Source: Pseudovirgaria hyperparasitica (lineage: Eukaryota). From it: DNA of 64,000 nt. A program made the position numbers and the translations under genes. Numbering within the stretch: position 1 is the first letter of the stretch; every line of letters starts with the position of its first letter. Under the pieces are notes generated by a model, which made no database searches, was not told the origin of the DNA, and was given only the letters and a program-made list of their open reading frames with translations. The DNA is taken from the NCBI GenBank assembly GCA_010093815.1, contig ML996577.1; one strand, written 5' to 3'. Positions 50,501-62,621 of the stretch are shown one piece after another.

Positions 50501-51989
50501 ACCGGGACTCTGGAGCAGAACTACACAAATATGCTTACATGGCTACTTCGGCTACGCCAACTCACCTGCCATATCCTGCTCCTAGAGGTTGTTTGTAAAG
50601 ATCTTCTCGAGCCCCAAGACTATGTACAACTTATAGATCTTGCAAAAGAAGAAGCTCATGCCAGGCAGCAAGACGGTCAGGGTCTTCTTCTCGTACAACT
50701 CAGGAAACTGCTAGCTAGTCAAGCAGCCAACTCAAGTAGGAAAAATATTGCACGGGTTGACACCAATCAAGTTGAGGCCGCCTTGTCACACATCGACCTC
50801 AATGAGACTGGCAAAGATCATGGTCTCACGTACAAGTTCAAGGAATATCTTGATTCTTTGAAAAGGGGACAGAATTGGGCTGAAGTCAATCGTCGCACTA
50901 TATGTCCTTTCTGCGGCAATCTTCCGGAGAATCCTGTTCTCTCAAATTGCTTACACATTCATTGTAAGGACTGCGTTGAGCAAATGCAGCAAATTGCTGC
51001 GCTCAGAGATATGGAAGCGGCCCGCTGTGGGCAATGCACTGAGCCCTTTCATGAACTGAAAGACCTGGCTGCTTCCTACAATGAGGCGGCGGCTTCAACA
51101 GCTGCAGAGTTTGCCGATGGCGGAAAGGGGAAAAAGGGGAAGGGCAAAGGGAAAGGCAAGAGGAACAACAAGGACAACTCTACTGACGGAGGACTTGACC
51201 CGGATGAGGCAGCACTGATCTCTCAGATCAATCTCAACGAAGTCGTACTCCCGTCTCCCAAGACCTTGGCTGTCAAGGCGCAGCTCCTAAACTGGTTTGC
51301 AGAAGATCCCAAGACCAAAGTGATAGTCTACACACAATTCAACCCCATGATCCATATCCTTGCCAAGGTCTGCGCCCAAGAAGGGTGGGATTCCGTCAAG
51401 GTAAGTCAGCAAGGACTTGAGCTCTTTGTCAAACTGACACACATAGTTCTATGGTGGAATGTCCATGCACGCACGGGACATTGCCATTCGGAAATTTGCC
51501 GGGCCTGACTGTCGAGTTTTCATTGCATCGCTGAAATGCGGTGGTCTGGGTCTCAACTTGACCATGGCTTCGAAAGTCATCTGCATTGATCCCTGGTGGA
51601 ATGAGTCGGTCGATCAGCAGGCTTTTGGTCGCGTCTTCCGAATCGGCCAGAAGAACGAGACACACTTCACGCGGTTGTTCATCTCGAATACCGTGGATGA
51701 TCATATGTACAAGATGCAGGAGAGAAAGCAAGCAGAGATTGATGGCGTTATGGACAGAAATGGGAAGAGCAAGTGAGTTTGGCGGGTCTAGAATACGTGT
51801 CCGTTCTGCAGAGCTAACAAATGCCCCAGAATGTCGGTCAAGGAGCTTGCCGCTTTGTTCGAACCTAGATCAGGCGAGACTGCGGACGAGGACACCGGTT
51901 TCATCATGGTCGAGGACCCAGATGAGTCATATGTACCGTGTCCTCCCTCTAATAGCAACGAGCAGCTGGGGACGGGAGATCTCTTATGA
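47568..51989 (+). CDS. SNF2-family ATPase with an embedded RING finger (Rad5/Rad16/Uls1-like)
   Basis: Motifs GGILADHMGLGKT, TLIVAP, IILDEAQ, SATPIMN, MVRRT, a C3HC4-like RING (CPFC..CLHIHCKDC..CGQC), CGGLGLNLT and QAFGRVFRIGQ. Five introns and a long disordered N-terminus. Confidence 0.92.
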
Positions 51990-53158
51990 GCACAATGTCG
52001 AATCTAGTATCGACAGCTTGGATTTATTTGGGTTCACGGGTTTGGTCTGCTAAGATGAGGCATTTCCAGCACACGTTTCAGGAGTTCAGGTCCTATTGTC
52101 CACTTTGAAACGACGTTGAGCGACTGGAGGATACGACGCACGCGAGCATCTTCTTTTTACAAAACGCCCTCGAAATCTACTCTTTTTATACCCGTCTCTC
52201 ATGATATTCTGGCTTTTGGCCCTTCATCGCGGCGCTCTGTGGCTTCAAAGGGTTATCAATATTGGTTATACTCGGCAGCAGGATTATAGGGTAATGATGC
52301 TCTCCATTCATGAAGGGTGGTACCAAATTAGTACGGCGTTGGAGATCTCACTTTGATATATTTACAGCAAGTCCATCGTCATCGACGACCAAGTGGCAAT
52401 TAGGGGTTCTGGCTGCACATTTAAAGCATAGTTAGCTTTCTCATTCCAATATGAAAATGTCTAAATCACTCAGATATCATGATGTTTTTGAATGACAATT
52501 TGAAGGACGATACTCGTGTGAGCAGTAGGATTACTACCTAGTCGTACGTGGTATGACTAATCATCACCTACATAGCACAGCTACGGTACTGTACTAGCGT
52601 GATAGGGATCGATAAGGGCCACAGACCGTAAACTGATCAAAACATATAGTTGCTCTTTTGCTTCTTGCAGCTTTACATCTTGTCTACACTACGGTCGCCC
52701 CAATGTGGTGAAGTAGAGTGAGTGTCGGCGATGACTTGGAAAGTCCATGTGCTGGTGTAAACCAAAAAGTCAAGTGAATGTAAGTGTATCATCATTATTC
52801 TCCTTTTAGACTGGTGGCGGATCCGGATAATGGTGTTCAGCTGCGTGGAACGCCACCAAACCACCACCGACCCGCATCTCTCTACCTATCAAGACCCCCA
52901 CCAATCTGATGCTCCTTCCATGCTCTGATAAGGAATTGTCGTGGGGAACAACACCTCTTTGCTTGTTCTAACAATTCCCCTCCGTATCTTCACATTCACT
53001 CCAACCGACCTTGATGCCGACCTACCTGTGCCATAGAGCATCTATGTTTGCTTCACCCGCCATGAGCTTCTTCGTACGTCGCGACACATGCACGCCAGTG
53101 TGACCGCCGAATACCCCATTGAGCTTCTAGCACTTGCACCCACGCGCCAATTGCAGGC

Positions 53159-55956
53159 ATGCCGGATTTCGATCAGTTGCCCTCCTTTTCGCATAAGCAT
53201 CAACTAGACCTGTCAGCCGATACACCTCAGCCAGATGAGCAGACCAAGCAGGGACGGCCCAAAGGCTCGCGGAAGAAAGACCTCAACGACGAAGCGAATA
53301 AGAAAAGGAGGTGTATATCGAGCGCGTGTGTGCCATGTCGCAAGAGAAAGAGTAAATGCGATGGCTCGACGCCAGCGTGCTCGGCTTGCGCTGCAGTATA
53401 CCGGACAGAGGTAGGATCACATACTACGATTTGACAGCTTGGCGGCTTGCAGTCACAAGGCTGATGATGTTCAGTGTCGATATGATCCATCCTCTGATCA
53501 TCGTCGCAAAGGCGTATACAAACGCGATATCGACAATCTAAAGACTCGAAACTCTACTCTACAGACTCTCATACAGGCCATCCTCAACTACCCTGAAGAT
53601 GAAGCGCACAGCCTCGTACGGCAGATACGGACATGTGAGAGTCTGGATACTGTAGCGGACAGCATACTGGCACGGGAAAATGGACTTGAGGAAGAAGAGG
53701 AGGAGGAAGGGGAACCTGCGTCGCCGGATGAGTACGTGGAGCCGACTTTCGAATCGCATCTGTCTGGGAAGATGGGTGATTTACTACTAGAGGACGGTAC
53801 GAGGAGATATATTGGAGGAACGTCTGTTCTACTTAACGTGGGTATGGACTCGGAATTTGACAACCAATTTATGGCACCTGCTCTGCAGGACCACTATGCG
53901 TCTGGCAGTCCTGCGACATCATGGACAAACATTACATCTGATGCGGATTTGGTCACACATCTCCTGAACATGTATTTTACGTGGCACTATACCTTTTTTA
54001 CGACTCTATCTAAAAGTCTATTCTACAGAGACTTCTTCCTGGGAAAGCCGCACCACTCTTCAACGCAGCAGCCCGAATATTGCTCTCCGCTACTGGTCAA
54101 TGCGATGCTGGCGCTTGGTTGCCATTTCACATCTATGCCAGGAGCAAGAGAGAATAAAGATGACTCTGCAACATCCGGAGACCACTTCTTCCGCGAAGCG
54201 AAGCGCTTATTGATGGAAGGCGATTTACATGAGAAGCCACGCCTCTCAACAGTACAAGCACTAGCTTTGATGTCAGTCCGAGAAGCCGGCTGTGGAAGAG
54301 AGGCAAAGGGATGGGTCTACAGCGGTATGAGCTTCCGGATGGCGTGTGACTTGGGCCTGCATCTCGACTCAGGGAGCATGCCGTCATCCAAGCAATCTGA
54401 AGAAGCTGAAGACGCACGACGTATCACGTTCTGGGGCTGCTTTCTGTTTGACAAATGCTGGTCCAACTATCTCGGCCGCCTGCCGCAGTTGACACGAAAC
54501 ATCATTACCGTACCCAAGTTTGATGTCTTTCCAACCGAAGACGCGGAAACATGGTCAGCCTACACAGACTCGGGGTATAGCCAGGCACATGCGCAGCCAT
54601 CGAGAACACGAGCTGTTGGAAGGCAAATATCAGCGTTGTGTGAGATCAGTGCGGATCTCATAAATAACTTCTACAACCCGACGGACATAGACAAGTCGAA
54701 GAATAAGCAGGCCGAGCTGAAGAAGTTGAGCGATATACACCAAAGACTAGAGACGTGGCGGAGAGAATTGCCAAAAGAGCTTGAGCCTAAGGAAGGTGGC
54801 CTGCCAAGTATGCTAGTGATGCAGTGAGTCCAATGTATTCATTTGACGTCAAAGCGTCACTGACTCCAGCAGCATGTTTTTCCAGCTCCTCTATATTCAC
54901 CTCTTCCGTCCCTTTCTCAAATACAATCCTTCCTCATCGCCTCTACCTGCACACGTCTCACCCCGTAAACTCTGTACCCAAGCCGCCGCTACAATCTCTA
55001 AACTCCTCCGCCTGTACAAGCGTTCCCATGGGCTACGCCAGATTTGCAATATCGCTGTATACATCGCGCATTCAGCGTGTACCATCCACCTCCTCAATCT
55101 GCCCGATAAGATCGCCCGCCGTGACATCGTTCACGGTGTCAAGCATCTGGAGGAAATTGCCGAAGGCTGGTTATGTGCGAGACGCGCCCTCGGCATTTTG
55201 AATATATTGGCGCAGAAATGGAAAGTTGACCTCCCGGAAGACGCTGCGACCGTACTTGAGCGCGCAGATAGTAAGTTTGGATCCTACCAAGGCTCTCATA
55301 CAACGCCCACGACGAGTCCGCGCAGCCTGCAGGGTGTCAATCCAGCCGAGCCTACCCAAGCCCCGTATGCCATGACCAGCATTAGCATGCACACAGTGCC
55401 GAATTACTACACTATAAACAACAGTATGGGCTACACCACCGCCGGCGTCAATCCGAACACATATGCAGACCCATATGCAACAACTCGTGCGCTCCCACCA
55501 AACACCGTCGCGAACTTCGCGCAGATCCAACAAGCACGCCAATTACTACAAGCAAGTCCCCGATCCGGCCAACATATCACCCTCAGCAATACTGCAGCAA
55601 GTAGTTCCCTCAGCACAACTGCAAACAGCACACCACCAACGACCACCGGCACGACGGGTGGTTCTCCTAGCGAGATCTTCGGAGACCAGCAACTAGTACC
55701 GCGCAACGAAGACCAGTGGTATTTGCGTGATCAGAGCCAATTAGCAAGTGGCTTTGGAAATTGGGATTTCGGTGACAGTTTTGGGATTAGCAATACTGGG
55801 AACCATATTGGTGGTGTAGCAAGCGCATTCGGCGGTGGCCAGCAAGTTTTTTCGCAAGCAAATGTAGCGAGTGGAGCAGGGCTTGCGGGCGTCCTTGGGA
55901 GCTTGGAGGGCTTGAATGGCCTGGGCAATGATAATGAGGCGGACTGGTATCAGTAA
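53159..55956 (+). CDS. nirA: Nitrate-assimilation Zn2Cys6 transcription factor (NirA/NIT-4 orthologue)
   Basis: RRCISSACVPCRKRKSKCDG..PACSACAAVYRTE/CRYDPSSDHRRKGVYK..KTRNSTLQTLIQAILNY..LVRQIRTC closely resembles NirA. A fungal TF domain follows (EDARRITFWGCFLFDKCWSNYLGR). Introns at about 53411-53474 and 54824-54871. Confidence 0.88.
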
Positions 55957-56248
55957 TCTACACGATGATGGTACCATTTGGAGCCTGGCAACATGGGTTT
56001 ATGCATAGCGATGGGGCTTGGGTGAGTTTTGCCGGGTGCAGCATATGACGGTGAGGCGCTGGACTGTAGGTATAATTCGGGTCCAATGTATATACGAATC
56101 TCTCTCGTCTTTGAAGCGCACGCACGTCTCGACTCGAGACGGAGCATCGTGACATTTTTGCTGACGGCATGAAATGTAATGCCAACAATGAAACAACAAC
56201 AAGCCTCACTCTTACACATCTCACATCTCACAAAACCCAAAATAGCCT

Positions 56249-56265
56249 CCCCCCCCCCCCCCCCC
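56249..56265. repeat. C17 homopolymer (G17 on the minus strand)
   Basis: Read directly; lies about 290 bp downstream of the nirA stop codon. Confidence 0.9.
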
Positions 56266-59200
56266 GCTTGCCCCTACAACAACCCACTCAGCCAGTCTCT
56301 ACGTCGCCCGCACCACATAAACGGGCAACCTCCCACACACGACTCCGTCGTCGAAGCCAGTGGTCACACAGACCCACTGCACTAGCCAGTCACAGCATGC
56401 GTCGTCCGTCGTCCGGGACAAAGAGGACAAAGGAGTTCTGTCGTACGAGGACTTTCTATGCGTGGGATGGGTGGCGGGAAACGCGGGATATGTGTGGAGT
56501 CGGTCTTTCGCGCTTTGTGTTTCTTTGGGACTAAGGGGACCGGGTTAAAGCGCTTATGGATGCTTACGAGGGTGCTAAACAGAGTCTGTATATTTGTTGG
56601 TGACAAGGGTCGTATGTGTGGCCATTCGATTTGCTCTTGCATGGCATAATACATCAATGGTGTATGCTAAAAGCTACTGGACTACTAGGCGGATCGGAGC
56701 GAAAGAAAGAGGTTCAAGATCTGACTCTTGCATGCTATTCAGCTTCCGTGGAAGGTTTATTGGTGGCTATCGATATCATCATAACTATCACGATGTATTG
56801 CTGTTGCCCATCATCTACATCACTGCAGATGCAACCAGACGCAGGCCATTGTCTGGCATTCCATCGATCAGACACAGTCCATACCTTGGACAATTGAATT
56901 CGAGGCTTGTGTACATGGGTTCATCTTGTAGAGAGGTTCGAAAGTTTGAATTCTCCCAAGGTCCTGTGCGAAGTCATGAAAGAGGAGTTTGGGGTCAGGG
57001 GGAGATATTTATATGGCTTCTAGTGGTATGGCTACGTGTTGAACGAAAGGGGATGAGTTAAAGAGAAGTGCCGGGTGAGTTTTTGAGGTGGAGAACTCGA
57101 TTACTTATGCCAATGCGCGGGAAGGGCACTTTACAGTTGCTGCATAACACCGCTAGAAGGATACAATGCTGACGACCATCGCCGGTGAGCTCTATCATCG
57201 TAGCTGCTCGAGACTGGGAATACCGAGAGCCAAGCATGTCGTATGCTCAACATAGACGACACCACATGGCCCCTACGTGGAACCTCAAGAAAGACATATA
57301 CCTGTTGTTGACGCAGCAAGGAGAAAGAGAAAGTAGAGATACTGGAGGGAGTCTATATACACTTGAGTAATGCCGGGTATGGTGTGGGAAGGTATGAGCG
57401 CCGGGTAGGTCTCGCTACAAAGTATTTTCACAGGTCCGTAATGAGTCAGCAGATTGTGCGTTTACAGGAAGAGTTTGATGAAACTTAGAGTCGCACTAAT
57501 TTCATCACCGTCACAGCTACATAATGGTAAGAATCATCATCGTGCCTGGTCCATCAGGACTACATGTTTGACACGTCTTCACTGCCACATATGACATTCG
57601 AGGGTTGTTCGAGACATCGTAGACAAGCTCAACTCGCGAGCCTGGCCGCCATGCTGCTTGTCAGATGGGATGCCCAGATCTATGAGAAGAGAATATACAG
57701 GCTGGAAAGAAGTGGAGATAGAGGGGATTGTATTCTTATATGCATGACATATGATAGGTAGGCTCTGAAAAGGGGTGATCATGCCGGGTATGACCTCTTG
57801 CGAGGTCCACATTCACAGAAGACTGCAATAACAGATGTATCCATGAACTATGTAACTTGTTCTCTTCACCGAGAATACAAACATAACACGTTCTAGAAAC
57901 CTCGCGGAAAACCATCTCGATGATAGGGTAGATGTGAACACGGAACAGTGATGATTTGCATCATCATCAAGCCTAGTTCAAACGATCGTAGTTAGCATCA
58001 GATATGAGCCACTGGGACATTGAGAGTAGTGTAAATTCGACAACAACACATACACTCGCTTGGTTGTACCTAACCAGCGCAACATATCCAGGGCGTCTTA
58101 TTAGAGGGTGCAAAGAACACATATCACTCCCAGTTGCGACGTAGAGTATAGAAACTTACTTATCTCCACGTCGGATATTTACTTCGAGAGAAGAAGGAAG
58201 AAAGAAAGTGATTTATTAATTCGAATAAGCTTTCCTATAAGCTTGTTGTGTCGGGTTGGCATACGAGTCAGCCTGCAAGGATCTCGGAAGGTAATATACA
58301 AGTCAATTCACAGATATCCGTTGAGGCCCCTTGGTTAGTTCCGTCTGTAGGATGAATACTAGGATACGTCATCATCAACTCGACAAAGATCGGACCCGAC
58401 ACAAGGTTCCGATGCACATTAGCATCATGAATTTCCATCACCGTATACTTCCCACCGACTCAACGGAAAGACACATCTGATCAATTGTGGAGAAAATGCG
58501 ACCTGTGCCCTACTTTTTGACCGACACCCACGACTGCATGAACCGGCTTGCACTAATGCCTAAAAGAAGTACTTCATTGTAGCTGCTGAGACGCCGCCGT
58601 CGTCGTCTTCATGACCATATACTGGGTCGATATCGGAGGGCACAGCCCACCTGTGGAGAGACAGAAGAGAGAGTCTTAGGTGATATGATGTTATATACAC
58701 CTCGCGCAACGAAGACTTTGCCGGGTACGCTAGAAGGGTGTAGATTGCTCTTCACAGTGCTAGATAGGTATGTTAGGTGCTCACAGATGTGTCCTTATTC
58801 ACAGAAACCCACGCGAGTGAGTGTGAATAATGAATGAGCAAGATGTACCGCTATCGGTCGGTAGGCATTAGCACCACCAAATCACGTCAGTGATTGTCAT
58901 CATGACTATCACTGGTGCTACTAATCGCGTAAGCCGCGCTGAAGTGATTAGGAAGCATGTCAAGGTGTGTAGCATACTCAACAGAGTTGAACAGCAAAAG
59001 GCTTACCTGCGAAATCTCGAAATGCGGACGGTCATCTAGTACTCTCCAAAGTGCGCTTGACCAAAGACTCGAAGGTGTAATCAATATGCGAGAAGACCGG
59101 TAGGGGCGGCGGAATATATACAGTGGGAACCCGCCAAGGTTAGATTACACAGCAATACAGTAACACCGTTGAAAGTCTCTGGCCTGAGCAAATGCCCAAT

Positions 59201-59650
59201 TAAGGAAACTGTGATACATTTCAGACACAACACCTATGCCGTGCCTTAATTCACAATGTATCACCACAGCCGATCCTGATGAGGACCATCATTATAAGTC
59301 TGATCCGCCAGACCATAGCATTGTTTGCGGACGCTAAAAGTACGTAGCTAGATTCATGCGTACTTCGATATGAGCGATGTTGCTCTCGCATCGCATTGCA
59401 CAGTCCGAATCTCTCGAGAACTGCGATCTGGGAAAGATTGAGTTAGAAGCGGAAGAGATATCCAGGCTGAGAGTATGTCATCTATATGACGCACGAGTAG
59501 AATAGGATGCTAACTGAATCATATGCTGGGTAGACACTGCTGAGCAAGGCTTGAGTACATTTGATGTGAAACCCCCAACTCTTGGGCCGTTTACAGGGGT
59601 GGTCCTTTTCAGGCATCCTGAACAGTGCTACTGTCTTTTAACACCCCCTT

Positions 59651-59694
59651 TCTTCTCTTCGCCTCTCTTCTCTCTCTCTCTCTCTCTGTGTGTG
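59651..59694. repeat. Compound (CT)n(GT)n microsatellite
   Basis: Read directly from the sequence. Confidence 0.85.
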
Positions 59695-60380
59695 CGAGTC
59701 ACTGTCAAACTTCTAACAAGATCGTTGTAGAAGGATGGTAGCCGCGTTTGGACAATTGTGCCAGCGAATGAAACATGGCGTTGCTACTCTAGCGATAATT
59801 ATGATGAGTGTCGTCATTGCTAGATACTCAATGAGGGCTAAGTTAGGAGGTACTAGTCCGAACAGAGATTTATATCTCACTGTGAATTTTGCATAATGAA
59901 CTAGTTTCAGGGGTAATAAACTGTGCTGGCTACCTCATCACCTCTTCCTTATTTTATATCTGTACTTTGTCTATTGCCCACTATTGACAATGCTCCTTCC
60001 GCTAGCCTTCTTCAGTGAAGCTGGCTGCTATATCTTCAGTGTCACCGCTTATATCTCACCACGGGAAATTGGGGTTTAATGCGTGCTTGTAAGATATTAA
60101 TGGCACAAATGATGCGCCGTGGTACTATTTTGACGACTATAGGCAGTATTGACGGCGGATGATGGGCAGTGTCGATTATATTAGTAGCAAATGCACAATA
60201 TTGTAATGATATAGAGAAGCTAGCCGATAGCCTTGTACTGCAGGACGGTCTGGGCGTCAATAGGAGAATTATAATGGGACGAGAGCCAACTACACATGTA
60301 CCTCCCTTTAGATAAGCATATCAACGCTGTGTTCTCATTGTATTCACCATTCTGATCCCCCTTGTGCTTCCTCAAGTATC

Positions 60381-61873
60381 TCAATCTTGAAATGTTATGG
60401 TCTTTGTTCGCAAAAACTCCTCCAAGCCCCATGTCGCGTTAAACCTACCCCAACCACTCGCCTTAACGCCTCCGTGCGGCAGCGCACTCTCATCATGCAC
60501 ACTCATACTATTGATATGCACAGCCCCACTCTCAATCTGCTTCGCAACTCTCAAGCCCCTGTTCAGATTCTCGGTGAACACAGCAGCCGAGAGACCATAT
60601 TCAGTATCGTTCGCAATCCGTACCGCTTCCTCCTCGCTCTGCACCTCAATCACAGAAACAGAAGGCCCGAATGATTCTGTTTTGTAGATATCCATTTTCT
60701 CCGTTACGTCGCCGACGATGATGGGTCGTAAGCGAGTGTTGGATGCTTCCGATAAGTTAGGATCGCCATGAAGGATCTTGGCGCCGTTCTCAACCGCGTT
60801 CGAGATCAGGGACTTGTTCTTTGTTACACCGGCGGGTTGTATCAAGATAGGGGCAGGCTTGTCCGTTGGGAAGGCTTTGGTCACGGCGGCTTGCAAAGCG
60901 GGGATGAATTCTGCCATAATGGCCTTGTGAACGAGAATGCGTTCGGTGGACATGCAGATCTGGCCAGACTGTTGACGCATGAGTTTATCAAATTGGGTAA
61001 ATAGGGAAACAGCCAATATCGGGAACTTACATGCAAGAATGCACCCAGCGCACACTGCTCTGCAGCCCTTTGCACATCCGCATCATCCAGTACAATCGCA
61101 CTCGCTTTTCCTCCCAACTCCATCAACACCGGTTTTAAGTTCTTCCCCGCCTGACTCGCAATGATCCTGCCCACCGCCGTACTGCCCGTGAAATTCACCT
61201 TCTTCACAAGTGGATCTTCAATCAGCGCCGTCGTCACAGCTGCCGCGTCTGCCGTGCGATGGTATATCACATTCAGACAACCGTCCGGCAAGCCTGCCTC
61301 GCGCAACACGTCTCCAATGGCCCAGAATACACGTGGCGAGAGCTCACTGCCCTTGAGTACACACGTATTGCCGGCCGCAAGCGGGTATATGATGGACCGT
61401 AGTCCAAGCACGAACGGCGCGTTCCATGGCGCAATGCCCAGTACAACACCATACGGCTCCTTGTATACCAGAGCATTCGCACCTTCTGCCGCGGGCGTCG
61501 GAATACTGCCCATAATGCCCGAAATACGGCCAGCAAGATCGCGCAGAACGTCAGCAGTGAGCGGGACATTGAAATCACGCGAGAAGTAGTGAGCAGCGCC
61601 GGTTTCTTGCATCATGTAGTCTGCACACTCGTCAGCGCGGGCAGTCAGAATATCGGCGGCGCGTAGCAAGATGTCACGGCGAAAGGCGGGCTTGGTCTTG
61701 GACCAGGCTGGAAATGCATTGCCGGCAGCAGTCACAGCGGCTCGAGCGTCATCGACGGTTGCACTGCTGCAGCGCCAGATACATTCTGATGTGGATGGGC
61801 TAATTACGTCGAATGTGTTCTTGGTGACGATATTTTCGCCGTTAATCAGGAGTGGGATGGTGTAAGACGACAT
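60381..61873 (-). CDS. Aldehyde dehydrogenase, vanillin/salicylaldehyde dehydrogenase-like
   Basis: Contains EPYGVVLGIAPWNAP, KGSELSP, NFTGSTAVG, MELGGK, H/SGQICMSTER (catalytic Cys), ESFGP and PHGGVKASGWGRFN. One intron at 61030-60969. Confidence 0.92.
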
Positions 61874-62621
61874 TGTTTCTAGTGTGATGAAGATGAATTG
61901 TGGAAGATTTGGTTTGGTTGATAGTTTTTGTGTGAACGATGTGCCGCATCAAAATGCCGAAGAAAGACGCAAAGGTAAAACAGCCCGGGCACGCGTTCTA
62001 CGCCAATCAAGTCAGATCGGACATATCTGGTGTAAGAGGGGGTGTCGTCTCACCACGTTGAATGAAGCAGGTTGCAAATATGTTCGAGGTGAGAAGACGG
62101 ATATTCGAAGAAGTGACAAAGTGGTTGTATATTAAGAAGAGCACTGAGGTGACCGATCGCATGAATTGACAAGTCACCCCGGCGTCTTTATAGTATCATG
62201 TCATGAGACTCGCATCGAGGCACAGTTTGATTCCTCTGCGGACGAAATAATGATGCAACATGCAGGAAAAGAGAAAGCTATTGGTGTGTTGTGATGCGGT
62301 GCCAGCGACAGTCGTTGTTGTTGATGTTCCATGCCCCGCGTCCCCGACACATGTGGGTCAGTCATATCATATATCCTTGCGCAGTGGACCAGAATCGATG
62401 TCTGTGATGGCGCTTTCTCCTGCATGGTTGCATCCCTCCAAGCTCTGACTGCATCTTATCGTCGATCATGTGCAGGCCATCCTTGAGTATTGGCCTGCAT
62501 CTGTGCTCCCTGCATACCTTTCTCCCTAGCCTACATACGTAGCACCATGTTCTGCGCGTGTGGGCCTCGTGTTCTTCGCGCTGTAATAAGCATCAATGCG
62601 TATTGTTACACTTTGTTCCTC

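Noticed and set aside
35992..61873. DAO1, MDR oxidoreductase, nirA and ALDH as a metabolic gene cluster
   Set aside because: They are interspersed with unrelated genes. No niaD, niiA, transporter or backbone synthase is present and there is no shared pathway logic.
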